Virus record (IMG/VR): IMGVR_UViG_3300040801_002079
Location: 95,837 to 159,836 of that record
DNA: 64,000 bases
From: a virus
Reading direction: 5' to 3' (one strand)
Below the pieces are notes generated by a model. It made no database searches, was not told where the DNA came from, and worked only from the letters and a program-made list of their open reading frames with translations. The position numbers were made by a program, and so were the translations under genes. The number at the start of each line of letters is the position of its first letter. The first letter of the stretch is position 1. Of this stretch, positions 51,996 through 62,220 are shown piece by piece.

Positions 51996-53447
51996 ATGAG
52001 TATAGACTATTTAAAAGAAATGTTAGACCTAAACCCATCTAAAGTGGAATCGGATATACCGACACCCCACTCAGATTCACTTGACAACAAATTGAGCATT
52101 GTTAAGTACTCAGAGGCCAAGCAAATCTTAGAGCATCCTGAAGTTTATCCTGTGCTCAAAGAAATGAAAGCTTTTGATCTTTTAAATGAACACGATGTTG
52201 ATACTTATCACACACTAGCAATATGGGTATCAGAAGCTTTAGAGGTTTTCGCAACCGAGAACTTCGGAACAGCGCAGGCAATTGATTTTAATGAGAAGTT
52301 CATTCTTCGTTCCGTAACTGAAGGACTGAATGATTTTTCTAGTGAGTTCTTGACGGAATTTACAAAGAAGCGCTTTATGGATACGGATGATGGAGAGGTG
52401 GAAAAATCACTAGATGTGCCTTCACAGTCAACGTCATGGCTTGATAAGCTTGCTGCGAAGTTTGGAATCTCTGAATTTGGTATAAAAGACTTTCTTTACC
52501 TCTATCTCTTAAATAGGATGGGTCAAGGTAAAGAAGATACAAAGTTTATGAAGCCCCCTGTAACGGAGGCTATGGCTCTTTTCCTAAATGAAAAGGCTCC
52601 ACCGGGAATGGAAGGCTGGATCAACAGTGTTAAAGCTAAGTTCCAAAAAGAATATGGGGATGATTGGGAAGAGGTTTTATACTCAACTGCATGGAAGAAA
52701 TATAAAGCTAATAAAAAGAAAGTAAACGAAGGCTTTATGGACAAGGAAATTCCTCATGAAGAAATGATGCGATCAATGGAGCAGGCTGGTTGGGAAGAAA
52801 ATGGTGGAACGGCTTTATGGTCTCACCCCGATCACCCCGATTTCTGGGTTGATGGAAATACCGGATATATCTATGTTTATCCAACAAGACCCTTATCTGG
52901 CCCGTTTACAGCGGAAGATGATTTTCTTGAAACATTCGACAATATGGGAGACTTTCTCAATTGGGTAAACAGTGGGGAGGCAGATGAACGTGCTGCTAAA
53001 TATAAGAGAATGGCAACCGATGCTGGTTGGAGAGGATATGTTGAAGAGGATGACATGAGCAAAGTAAATGAAGATGTAGATGATATGTATGGTGGAGCTA
53101 CGAAACAGGAACACTTCCCTCGCCCAGAGGACAAAAAGGCTCCGAAGGCATCATCTAAAGTAAAATCTGACGTTAGCCAACGTATTAAAGAGCTTGATAA
53201 ATTGATTCGGGATTATAAGGAAAAAACACACTTCTTTGGTGAGGTTAAGCCCGCCATATTTAATGCTAAAGAAGCATTAGAAGAGATTCAGGGCAAAATT
53301 AATGATGGATCGATGGATGCATACAAAGAAGCACAGATTCATTTCCAGAAACTAATGAGTCCGATCACTAACTTATTCCCACCAAGCTTGGTTAAGTTTC
53401 TAGCATACGGGAATGATGGAGAAGAAAATAAACCTAAAGATGTTTAA
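51996..53447 (+). CDS. hypothetical protein
   Basis: ORF track, 483 aa. Confidence 0.55.
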   Translation: MSIDYLKEMLDLNPSKVESDIPTPHSDSLDNKLSIVKYSEAKQILEHPEVYPVLKEMKAFDLLNEHDVDTYHTLAIWVSEALEVFATENFGTAQAIDFNEKFILRSVTEGLNDFSSEFLTEFTKKRFMDTDDGEVEKSLDVPSQSTSWLDKLAAKFGISEFGIKDFLYLYLLNRMGQGKEDTKFMKPPVTEAMALFLNEKAPPGMEGWINSVKAKFQKEYGDDWEEVLYSTAWKKYKANKKKVNEGFMDKEIPHEEMMRSMEQAGWEENGGTALWSHPDHPDFWVDGNTGYIYVYPTRPLSGPFTAEDDFLETFDNMGDFLNWVNSGEADERAAKYKRMATDAGWRGYVEEDDMSKVNEDVDDMYGGATKQEHFPRPEDKKAPKASSKVKSDVSQRIKELDKLIRDYKEKTHFFGEVKPAIFNAKEALEEIQGKINDGSMDAYKEAQIHFQKLMSPITNLFPPSLVKFLAYGNDGEENKPKDV

Positions 53448-54139
53448 TCCTTTTTATGGATTGCATCTCTTATGTTTTTATTAACCTGATCTCTTCGGGC
53501 CATCTTTTGCTTTCTTTCTTCAATTTCAGTTAGGATGGCATGTAGATTTTTTTCCGCTTTACTTGCAGTCGGAGCAGGTTGAGTTAATGGGAGAGGGGTT
53601 GGCTTAGGTGTTACAGCCTCTTCAGTCTTCTTCTCTACCACTACTTCATCAACCACACTATCAGCTTCTAGATTCCTGCCGATAAGCTCTTCTGCAAAGT
53701 CTATTGGATCAAAAGCAGTTGATTCTTTAACTTCTTTAGCGGATGGTGACGGCTTGGGTGTTGACTCTGATTTCTTGGTCTCAGGCTTATCTTTCTTTTC
53801 TTCTTCAGGCTCTTCCATTGGACGCATTTTAGCATTGTCTTTAACCTGAACCTTGAAGTCCTTTTCATCAATAAACTTAATGTCACCAGAATCAACTTCA
53901 AATCTGGCATTTTCTTTGTATACAAATATAGAATAAGAGACCTTGGCTTTCTTTAAAGTATCCTTGAGCTTTGTTGGTATAGTGAAGGTATAGTCAATGT
54001 CCTCACCTTTTATCTTCTTTAGCTTAATACCTATTTGAAAATCAGTCTTGTTAAGCATAAGCTCAGCATCGAATTTCCCTATATCAATTGAGGGTTCGAT
54101 AGATATCTCATATGGTACACCAATTGCTATTTTTTCCAT
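53444..54139 (-). CDS. structural/scaffold-like Lys/Glu-rich protein
   Basis: ORF track, 231 aa. Confidence 0.5.
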   Translation of the reverse strand: MEKIAIGVPYEISIEPSIDIGKFDAELMLNKTDFQIGIKLKKIKGEDIDYTFTIPTKLKDTLKKAKVSYSIFVYKENARFEVDSGDIKFIDEKDFKVQVKDNAKMRPMEEPEEEKKDKPETKKSESTPKPSPSAKEVKESTAFDPIDFAEELIGRNLEADSVVDEVVVEKKTEEAVTPKPTPLPLTQPAPTASKAEKNLHAILTEIEERKQKMARRDQVNKNIRDAIHKKD

Positions 54140-54615
54140 TTCGCTGTAAACCTATTATTTTTGACCTTATTCCATGCCGTTTTAAACTTGATTCTTAATG
54201 TATTTATCTGTCCAACTCGTTTTATTATCTGATCCTTCTTAAACGAATCAACAATGAATGTTCTAGTAACACGCTTCTTACGGAACTTAACTACGAACGT
54301 AAGCTTATATTTCTGCTCTTCCGGTAAATCATCGTCCCATCCAGATGGATACGATGCTCCACCACCTCCACCTCCACCTATTCCCGGTGATGGGCTTGGG
54401 CTGGGCGTAACCGAGGGAGACGGTGTAATCGTTGGAGTAACAGTGGGGGTTAACCCACTGGTGGGCGTTGGAGTGGGCGTTACAGATGTTGCCGTGGGAG
54501 TAGGGGTGACACCCAATGGTTCAATGTATAAATGAAATGGACCAAATATTAAAAGATTACACGCTGGGCCACCTAACCCCTTGGTTATAATACTTCCAAC
54601 GCCTATGTTCATCAT
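54127..54615 (-). CDS. structural protein with TP linker, poly-Gly tract, basic C-terminus
   Basis: ORF track, 162 aa. Confidence 0.5.
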   Translation of the reverse strand: MMNIGVGSIITKGLGGPACNLLIFGPFHLYIEPLGVTPTPTATSVTPTPTPTSGLTPTVTPTITPSPSVTPSPSPSPGIGGGGGGGASYPSGWDDDLPEEQKYKLTFVVKFRKKRVTRTFIVDSFKKDQIIKRVGQINTLRIKFKTAWNKVKNNRFTAKWKK

Positions 54616-55979
54616 TATTGTGGTACTCTTTCTGCAACTTCATCTGTGCTTGGCGTTCCAGTGCTATCCAATAATGCAAATGTTAGTATTGGAGTTACAT
54701 CATCATCATCATATATAGTAAGAGTATTATTGTCTTTATCAATTACGCTTCTATTCTCTTCATATTTCTGTAGAAGTGCAAGCACTTGTGCTATACTGGT
54801 TAATGAAGCTAGGGTGGAATCCTTCTCTGCTGTTGTCCAAACAGGGGATAGACCCTTTCTAATAACAGTTACCGCACCACCAGATTCATCTGTTATATGT
54901 CCAGTTCCTCTAACCACTATTGTTCCAGCAGTGCATGTACTATCAATGATTAGATGACCTGATAATAAATCCACGCTGCATAAATTATTTGCATCACTAT
55001 AGTTCTTTATCCTAATTCCGCCCGTGTAGGGTCTTAATTGCAATTCGAGGTTCGGATGATTATTACAATCAATGATGGGTGAACTGGTTCCGGGAATAAG
55101 TGAAAAACAGTCCAAGAATGAATAGAACGAATTACTGAAGCCACTGGATGGGAGTGTTATGGTTCCCAATAGGCCACACTTGGATGCATCCCCTTCGAAA
55201 TTGGAGAAATCTTCTATAATCCCTTCTTCCAATGAAAAGTTTCCGGAAGCATATCCAGCCATGTATAAACGTCTGAATGTACATTCATGGACATCTTGAC
55301 CAGAAAATATCAACCCAGTTGTTGTCGGGTCTCTACCAAGAAAATCAGAATGTGACCAGTCACTCGTTGGAGCCGTATTTGCCTGAAAATATCCATTTAG
55401 ATGAACCCTTCTTGGCAATCCCCTATTAATCATTATAGCATATGCATCAGTTAAATTATCAACCGGATATGATGTCGTACCGCGTGGATACTGTGATCCG
55501 GGTCCACCAACCACATTATCAGTCCATATTCTACCGTCAATAAATGATTGATCTTCAATTTCTTTTGAATATGTTAAACCGGCTGAGTTTGCAGATCGTA
55601 CAGAGACTTGGTTAACATTTGTTACGTCAGCAATGTTTGTGTTGCCGCCGACTAGGTTAACAGCATATTGTCCATTCTCAAATGTAATGGTATACCCATT
55701 AATGATTTCGATAACTCGTGCAAGCGTAACGCCACCAACTGTAACAGGTTGGTTATGTGAGTGGGTGTCTAAAAACGACATACCCTCAATGCTTGCTTCC
55801 AGAGCCTTTAACTCTAATCGAAACAGGTTAACGTCCAATTCACGAATTTCAGTGGGGGTAGATTGTACCAATAGAAGATAGCTTCGGGGAACATGAATTA
55901 TCTTGTTTCCCCAATCGATGTATATTCCTGATGCAATATACCCACTTTCTACATATCCACTATCAACATAATCTGCCAT
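54615..55979 (-). CDS. tail-fibre-like structural protein
   Basis: ORF track, 454 aa; ATGA overlap with downstream gene. Confidence 0.55.
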   Translation of the reverse strand: MADYVDSGYVESGYIASGIYIDWGNKIIHVPRSYLLLVQSTPTEIRELDVNLFRLELKALEASIEGMSFLDTHSHNQPVTVGGVTLARVIEIINGYTITFENGQYAVNLVGGNTNIADVTNVNQVSVRSANSAGLTYSKEIEDQSFIDGRIWTDNVVGGPGSQYPRGTTSYPVDNLTDAYAIMINRGLPRRVHLNGYFQANTAPTSDWSHSDFLGRDPTTTGLIFSGQDVHECTFRRLYMAGYASGNFSLEEGIIEDFSNFEGDASKCGLLGTITLPSSGFSNSFYSFLDCFSLIPGTSSPIIDCNNHPNLELQLRPYTGGIRIKNYSDANNLCSVDLLSGHLIIDSTCTAGTIVVRGTGHITDESGGAVTVIRKGLSPVWTTAEKDSTLASLTSIAQVLALLQKYEENRSVIDKDNNTLTIYDDDDVTPILTFALLDSTGTPSTDEVAERVPQ

Positions 55980-55982
55980 CGT

Positions 55983-56687
55983 TTACGTCCAGAAATCTGG
56001 TGCCCTCTGTTTTGTCGGTAGACCCGTGCTCTGGTAGTGTATATCAACAAAATGAATAAAGGGGTCAGGCACACCTCCCCCTGAAACCGTTATATCATTT
56101 GAGTCAAGATAGAAGCGGCATAATATAAGACCATCTGGCTCTAGAATATCTGTATCCAATTCATCAGATGCTCCACCTGAAACCGACAGTGTGGTTTCTG
56201 CGATCATATGCTGGTACGGCGTTGTACTTACATTTTGGGCAACAGTCTTGGTTATAGTGGTGGGAAATGCGGCTTGATTGTGACCTTTAGAATAGGTTGT
56301 TTCCCATGCAAACGTTAGACTGCCTCCGGTAACAAGAGCGTTATCGTGTGAATGATGCACATGAATGAATAAATCCGAACCCATGAGATAATCATGTGGC
56401 ATATGAAAACGACAAAGCATTTCGTCGCCCTCTGCAAACTGAAACTCTGTTATTCCGCCCCGATAGGCTGCAAACGTTGGCTGGTTTAAAGAGTTTGGAT
56501 CAATAAACCCCGTTGCTAACATATCATGCCACCCCCATGTTGGGGTAGTCGTATCAAGTTTTATACCAACCGTTCTACTCGAAGGGAACACCTTACCATC
56601 GGGAATATCCCTCAATTCGATAAAGTTGTTATCCATTTCGGTGTGTGTTAAAGGAGACCCTTTGGAAGCTCTTGTAATAATAGCCAT
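55983..56687 (-). CDS. structural protein
   Basis: ORF track, 234 aa; TATAAATA 71 nt upstream on the minus strand. Confidence 0.55.
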   Translation of the reverse strand: MAIITRASKGSPLTHTEMDNNFIELRDIPDGKVFPSSRTVGIKLDTTTPTWGWHDMLATGFIDPNSLNQPTFAAYRGGITEFQFAEGDEMLCRFHMPHDYLMGSDLFIHVHHSHDNALVTGGSLTFAWETTYSKGHNQAAFPTTITKTVAQNVSTTPYQHMIAETTLSVSGGASDELDTDILEPDGLILCRFYLDSNDITVSGGGVPDPFIHFVDIHYQSTGLPTKQRAPDFWT

Positions 56688-56757
56688 TAATAGAATCTCC
56701 TGTTATTTTGATTTTTCATATTATAAGTCATAAAGTCGGTATTATAGCATATAGTTG

Positions 56758-56765
56758 TATTTATA
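56758..56765 (-). promoter_or_regulatory. T4-late-type TATAAATA (minus strand)
   Basis: tatttata on the plus strand. Confidence 0.35.
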
Positions 56766-56779
56766 CCAGCCCCGAACAA

Positions 56780-57247
56780 TTAAGAGTTGGTTTTTTCTAA
56801 TAATGCATTAAGCTGATTTATTTTCTTTTCTTGGTCTCGTACCGTCCCTTCTAATTTTTGAATAAGTTGAATGTATTCATCTTTGGCTTTATTATTGTCA
56901 GTAATAGCCTTAAGGACGATGTTTTTCTGTATTAATAAATTCTTTTCGGCATTTTCTAATTGCCTCTGAACAACATCGACTTTCTCAAGAAGCTTATTTC
57001 GCTCTTGTTGCATAATGTCAGCAGCGTGGTTCATACTGCTTGCTAACTTTTTAAGGAATTCGATTTTATGTTTATCATCCCATTTATGGAATTCTTCACC
57101 AAAATTGATCATTCTGGCTCTGGGAGCAGTAATTCCTTCAAAGTCTAACTCTTTTAGTCCTTCAACTTCTATCCCAAGATATTCTTGAGTATGGGGGCTT
57201 TCTTCCCCTGCATCCATGATGTCATCAATATCGTCTCTGTTTGTCAT
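56780..57247 (-). CDS. coiled-coil structural/assembly protein
   Basis: ORF track, 155 aa. Confidence 0.5.
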   Translation of the reverse strand: MTNRDDIDDIMDAGEESPHTQEYLGIEVEGLKELDFEGITAPRARMINFGEEFHKWDDKHKIEFLKKLASSMNHAADIMQQERNKLLEKVDVVQRQLENAEKNLLIQKNIVLKAITDNNKAKDEYIQLIQKLEGTVRDQEKKINQLNALLEKTNS

Positions 57248-57271
57248 GATTATTCCTCTTGAGTGTACCTA

Positions 57272-57279
57272 TATTTATA
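57272..57279 (-). promoter_or_regulatory. T4-late-type TATAAATA (minus strand) 24 nt upstream of gene 56780..57247
   Basis: tatttata on the plus strand. Confidence 0.4.
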
Positions 57280-57312
57280 AAAAAAATCCCCGCTGTCAAG
57301 CGGGGATTTTCA
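57279..57312 (-). terminator. rho-independent (bidirectional-type) terminator after gene 57345..59288
   Basis: AAAATCCCCGC-TGTCAA-GCGGGGATTTT with A/T runs on both sides. Confidence 0.65.
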
Positions 57313-57344
57313 TTAACGCTAAATTTTAAGAAAGTAGCTTTCCG

Positions 57345-59288
57345 TCAAGCATCTGAGGTCCTGATCGCGGCGATTGTACCACCGGTACTCGTTAGCGTTG
57401 ATGGTGCCTCAAACGTCTTAATAGGCGTTGATCCACCATCTCTAACTCGTACAAACAATGCTCTATCACCTAGACCATTATTATAAATGGTTGTGAACGT
57501 TGCTGTCGTAGTAGCATCAGCAATTTCATCAATATAAGCAATAAAGATGTTATTGCCGGTTGTAGCGTCTGCATCATCAGACCCCTGATATGCGCCACTT
57601 AGCGTGTAAACAGAACCAGTGTATGAGGTATATGCCTGTGGAGCATATACGCCATTATCGTCCTGAACACGAACAATACCACTAGCTGGAGTATCAACAG
57701 GAATCGAAGAGGTGGTTGTAATGGTAGTTGAAACGTTATCAGTTAATGTACCATTAATCGTATCCTGATCTTTCTGTAGAATACCCGCTGCACGAGGTCC
57801 AACCAATACTCTATCCTCAGCCTCAACCAAACCAGTTACCGTGAAGGTTACATTGTTTGGAGGAATCTGCGCTGTACCCGATAGGTCTTCTAGAGAATCC
57901 GATGCTCGTAGATCATCTGGGTCAACACCAATACCGTATGCACCAATCAACGAACCCGTATATGATCCGAGGAAGGTTTTTGGAACGGTACGTGCTGTTG
58001 GAGCACCATTTACATCTGCTGTTGCACTAGAGGTTAATCCTCTAACTGGCAAATCATCAACAGGGGCAGAGCCAGTTTGTAACTGAATGTACATGTTGCC
58101 CGTTGTACCATCATCATCCAATGCTAATAGCAATCCGCTACCGCCGTTATTAGCATTGTTTAGAATGGTCGTATCAACTGCTGCTGTAACTGCACCAGTT
58201 CCATCAGCCACAGTGATAACATCGTTATCAGCAATAGTGATTGTTGGGTCTTCAAGAGCAACAATCATGTTAGTTGAGCCATTGTCGTACATCACACGAC
58301 CCGCAGCACCATTGGTTCCAATTGTTACATAATCGCCAGCAGAGAATGTTCCACCCGATAATGTGTCATATGTAATATCGGTTCCCCATACTACAACCTC
58401 ATCTTCTTGGAATGGACCGCTAGCTTCATTGTCATAAGCAAACGAGTGTGTAATTCCCAAGAATAGCTCACCGTTAATACCATGAATGGTTTTGGCTGTG
58501 CCATTACCAGTAAGGTCTTTGATGAATTCCCACATACCTTTAAGGCCGTCACCCGATGTATCAGCGCCATATGTCCAACGAGAGTAGTATTCTCTAGCAC
58601 CACTACCGTTATTAAGATCAATGGTCTGGAATCCTTCGGTGTTTGTTACGTGCGTATATGCAGTAACTGTACCCTGTGAAGTGTCATTTTGTGCGTCAGG
58701 TGTTGTACCGATAGCCGCAACGGACTCACCCTGTCCCAAGGTTACGTTGAAGAAGTCGTATGAATCGCCCCAGTGACGAGCTTGTACACGAATTCTTTTA
58801 CCATTAATATCTGCACCATTCACACGAGATTTAATCAAAACCCTCATAAGAATACCAGCAGCAGTGTTACCATTGTAACCACCCGATGACTGATCGCCCC
58901 AGAAAGGAGCAGATGGTGTAGTAGTAAACTGATAAAGCTCATTATCCTGAATGATCATAAGCTGTGTGTTCGCGTTATTTACAGCACCAAGTACCTGTAG
59001 TCCAGAATAAACGGTGTCACCATCATCCTGAGTAATAGAACCAGCATAGAGATGTTCTGCTGCCGTATCATCGATGTTGTACGTACCTAGCAACGTGATA
59101 ATGTTATCCGTTGAACGCTCAGATGGTGTATCCGAGGTAATGTCAATTAGGTCATTACCCGATGCACTCGCGTCATCAGCTAGGTCTTGTAAGAATCGGT
59201 GAAGTTCCAATACAGTGTAGTTTGCTGTTGTTCCTGTATATCTAATGTCCCCATTTACGGCAACACTGAAATCGTCTGCAATAGCCAT
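57345..59288 (-). CDS. large structural protein (tail-fibre/tailspike-like)
   Basis: ORF track, 647 aa, Thr/Gly/Asn/Asp-rich. Confidence 0.55.
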   Translation of the reverse strand: MAIADDFSVAVNGDIRYTGTTANYTVLELHRFLQDLADDASASGNDLIDITSDTPSERSTDNIITLLGTYNIDDTAAEHLYAGSITQDDGDTVYSGLQVLGAVNNANTQLMIIQDNELYQFTTTPSAPFWGDQSSGGYNGNTAAGILMRVLIKSRVNGADINGKRIRVQARHWGDSYDFFNVTLGQGESVAAIGTTPDAQNDTSQGTVTAYTHVTNTEGFQTIDLNNGSGAREYYSRWTYGADTSGDGLKGMWEFIKDLTGNGTAKTIHGINGELFLGITHSFAYDNEASGPFQEDEVVVWGTDITYDTLSGGTFSAGDYVTIGTNGAAGRVMYDNGSTNMIVALEDPTITIADNDVITVADGTGAVTAAVDTTILNNANNGGSGLLLALDDDGTTGNMYIQLQTGSAPVDDLPVRGLTSSATADVNGAPTARTVPKTFLGSYTGSLIGAYGIGVDPDDLRASDSLEDLSGTAQIPPNNVTFTVTGLVEAEDRVLVGPRAAGILQKDQDTINGTLTDNVSTTITTTSSIPVDTPASGIVRVQDDNGVYAPQAYTSYTGSVYTLSGAYQGSDDADATTGNNIFIAYIDEIADATTTATFTTIYNNGLGDRALFVRVRDGGSTPIKTFEAPSTLTSTGGTIAAIRTSDA

Positions 59289-59356
59289 TGTATGTATTTC
59301 TCCTTAAGTTTAACGTTAAAATGGTATTTCTTGAATACCTAAAAATTATTCAAATA

Positions 59357-59364
59357 TATTTATA
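59357..59364 (-). promoter_or_regulatory. T4-late-type TATAAATA (minus strand) upstream of 57345..59288
   Basis: tatttata on the plus strand, 69 nt from the ATG. Confidence 0.35.
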
Positions 59365-59479
59365 CGAATGGCGCTGTTGTTATAAAAAAATGCTTTACTT
59401 TTGATTTTTTACATGTTATAGTAATCATGCTAAATACAAATGTAAGACTAAAACCATTAGGACATAGGAGGTATGACTA

Positions 59480-60640
59480 ATGCATAATTACGACTATATC
59501 GTATATATCGGGCGATTCCAGCCCTTCCATAATGGTCATCTGACCACGCTTATGAAAGCTCTGCGCTTGGGCCAAAAGGTTATCATGGTGCTAGGCTCTT
59601 CAAATTCCCCTCGAACCTATAAAAATCCTTGGACTTCTACTGAACGAGAAGTAATGATTCGCAGTTGCCTTAGTGCAACCGAGAACGAAGCATTAGAATT
59701 TGCTCATATAGAAGACCATCTTTATTCCAATGAGAAATGGTTACTTGATGTTCGTACCGAGGTGCGCAAGATCATTACCACCACTCGCACACAGATTGTT
59801 TTAAATGAAGATGATTATAATGATCCAAATTATAAACACTCTGTTGCCCTCATTGGGTATAACAAAGATGAATCCAGCTTTTATACTAAAGAGTTTCCGG
59901 ATTGGCCCTTAATTGAAACGGGACCACATATTAAGGAAAGTACCGGGAAAGGGAAGCCAGTCGGATCAACCATGATTCGCTTCTTAATGTTTACTGGCGA
60001 TTTGGGATATGTTGAAAGCAACGTTCCTCCCGCCATCTATGCATTTCTTGAAAATTTTACCACCACTGAGGACTTTCAGTATCTTCAGGACAGCTTCGAC
60101 CACTACTACAACGAAGAAAAGCAGTACAAGGATTTACCATATTGGATGAATTTCTTCACCGCTGATGCCGTAGTGGTACAGTCGAACCATGTCTTGCTTG
60201 GTAAGCGCAAACATCACCCCGGTAAAGGTCTTTGGGCTTTACCCGGAGGTCATGTTAGCGTAAATGAAACTTCATATGAAGCCGCTTTGCGTGAACTTAC
60301 CGAGGAAACTAGAATTAAAGTTCCAAAGGGTAAAATTATCGGTAGTATGGTAATGAATCGTCGCTTTGATCACCCCGCACGGTCTCTCAGATGTCGTGTA
60401 ACGGGAAATCATGGTAGGACCGTAACCGATGCCTTCTTCTTTAAGCTTGACGGAGTAGCGTCAAGCGGAGAAGCAATACATTCACTCCCTAAAGTAAAGG
60501 GTGATGATGATTTAGAGGAAGCCCGCTGGTTCCCGCTAGATGAGGTTCGAAACATGCGCTCCGAGCTTTTTGAAGATCATTTGGACATTATTGAATATTT
60601 TGTAGATAGAGCACCCAAGGAGTCTACTTCTTCTTGGTAA
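59480..60640 (+). CDS. natV: bifunctional NMN adenylyltransferase / Nudix ADP-ribose pyrophosphatase (NatV/NadM-Nudix type)
   Basis: IVYIGRFQPFHNGH nucleotidyltransferase motif plus Nudix box GHVSVNETSYEAALRELTEETRI; GGAGG RBS. Confidence 0.75.
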   Translation: MHNYDYIVYIGRFQPFHNGHLTTLMKALRLGQKVIMVLGSSNSPRTYKNPWTSTEREVMIRSCLSATENEALEFAHIEDHLYSNEKWLLDVRTEVRKIITTTRTQIVLNEDDYNDPNYKHSVALIGYNKDESSFYTKEFPDWPLIETGPHIKESTGKGKPVGSTMIRFLMFTGDLGYVESNVPPAIYAFLENFTTTEDFQYLQDSFDHYYNEEKQYKDLPYWMNFFTADAVVVQSNHVLLGKRKHHPGKGLWALPGGHVSVNETSYEAALRELTEETRIKVPKGKIIGSMVMNRRFDHPARSLRCRVTGNHGRTVTDAFFFKLDGVASSGEAIHSLPKVKGDDDLEEARWFPLDEVRNMRSELFEDHLDIIEYFVDRAPKESTSSW

Positions 60641-60675
60641 ATTAAACTAACCCATGTTACATAGGAGGTATGAAC

Positions 60676-62121
60676 ATGAACACAACTTTTCTAAAATCAA
60701 TTCTTAACGTACACGGTGCGAAGACCGATGGATACAAGTTTGATCATCACAAGCAGACTGTTCCCGGTATGACCAACGCCTTTTCTTACATCGAATCCCG
60801 AGGAACTAACTTGGATTGGGATAACCCCCGAACCCTGTTCTTTGGATTACAGATGTATCTTAAAGAGTATATGACTCAGCCTGTTACTCATGAAGATATC
60901 GATGCCATCATTCCCCTAGTGGAAAAATATGGTGTTGAATTCAACGAGAAGGGATGGAGACATATTGTTGATGCCCATGGAGGCATTCTTCCATTGAAAA
61001 TTCGGGCAGTTAAAGAGGGTACAGTGATGCCATTAAGTAATGTAATGGTGTCAGTTGAAGCCACTGATCCCGAGTGCTACTGGTTAGCACCTTTCGTAGA
61101 AACTGCTTTGCTCCGTGCAGTGTGGTATCCAACCACGGTTGCATCCAATTCATTCCGCGCCAAGGAAATCATCAAAGGATTCTTGGATGAGACTGCTGAT
61201 AACGGTGATCTTGAACTTCCGTTCAAGTTGCATGACTTCGGTGCAAGGGGTGTATCTTCCGCTGAAAGTGCACAGATTGGAGGTGCAGCACATCTTGTCA
61301 ACTTCATGGGTTCTGATACCTTTGAGGGTGCGCTTGCAGCCATGTTGTATTACGACACTGATATGCCAGCCGGTACGATTCCTGCTGCCGAACACTTCAC
61401 CATTACCTCTTGGGGTCCAGAAGGTGAAACCAGTGCGTACCGAAATATGCTTCGGACTTTCGGTGGTCCTGATAAAATGCTTGCAGTGGTGTCTGATTCT
61501 TACGACATGTATAATGCTGCCGAGCATATTTGGGGTGAAGAGCTTCGTGATGACGTTATCAACATGGGTGGAACCTTAGTGGTTCGTCCTGATTCTGGTG
61601 ACCCACTGGTTGTTCCCGTTGATGTCATTGAAATTTTAATGGAGAAGTTTGGTTACACTATCAACAAGAAGGGATACAAGGTTCTTCCTGATTGCATTCG
61701 AGTTATTCAGGGTGACGGTATCACCGTTGATAACATCAAAGCCATTCTTACTCGCATGAAGTCTCGTAAGCTTAGCGCATCTAATATTGCATTCGGAATG
61801 GGCGCTGGTCTGCTTCAGCAGGTTGACCGTGATACCTACAAGTTTGCAATGAAGTGTTCTGCAAAGGAAATCAATGGTCGATGGGAAGATGTTTGGAAAG
61901 ACCCTAAGACTGATTCCGGTAAGAAGTCCAAGCGTGGTCGTGTCACGCTGGTACAGGATCGCAATACAAAAGAGTTTAGAACCATTAGACTTGATGGGCC
62001 AACTTCTGTTAAGGAAACGGAACTAAATGTAATGCGAACTGTATATAATAACGGTGTTGTTGAGTCCGAGTTTCAGACGTTTGACGAAATTCGTGAACTT
62101 TCAAATTCGTACTTGAAATAA
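60676..62121 (+). CDS. nadV: nicotinamide phosphoribosyltransferase (NadV/NAMPT)
   Basis: NAMPT-like throughout (DFGARGVSS, GSDT, VIQGDG); start at second ATG, 8 nt from GGAGG. Confidence 0.8.
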   Translation: MNTTFLKSILNVHGAKTDGYKFDHHKQTVPGMTNAFSYIESRGTNLDWDNPRTLFFGLQMYLKEYMTQPVTHEDIDAIIPLVEKYGVEFNEKGWRHIVDAHGGILPLKIRAVKEGTVMPLSNVMVSVEATDPECYWLAPFVETALLRAVWYPTTVASNSFRAKEIIKGFLDETADNGDLELPFKLHDFGARGVSSAESAQIGGAAHLVNFMGSDTFEGALAAMLYYDTDMPAGTIPAAEHFTITSWGPEGETSAYRNMLRTFGGPDKMLAVVSDSYDMYNAAEHIWGEELRDDVINMGGTLVVRPDSGDPLVVPVDVIEILMEKFGYTINKKGYKVLPDCIRVIQGDGITVDNIKAILTRMKSRKLSASNIAFGMGAGLLQQVDRDTYKFAMKCSAKEINGRWEDVWKDPKTDSGKKSKRGRVTLVQDRNTKEFRTIRLDGPTSVKETELNVMRTVYNNGVVESEFQTFDEIRELSNSYLK

Positions 62122-62150
62122 CACAAAGTTGTATATATAATAAATATAAT

Positions 62151-62184
62151 ATGGAGACGGATGCCTTCGGGGTCCGTCCTCCAT
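62151..62184 (+). terminator. rho-independent terminator (UUCG tetraloop hairpin)
   Basis: ATGGAGACGGATGCC-TTCG-GGGTCCGTCCTCCAT. Confidence 0.55.
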
Positions 62185-62220
62185 TAATTTTAATATTGCT
62201 TAAATTAGGAGGATATTATT

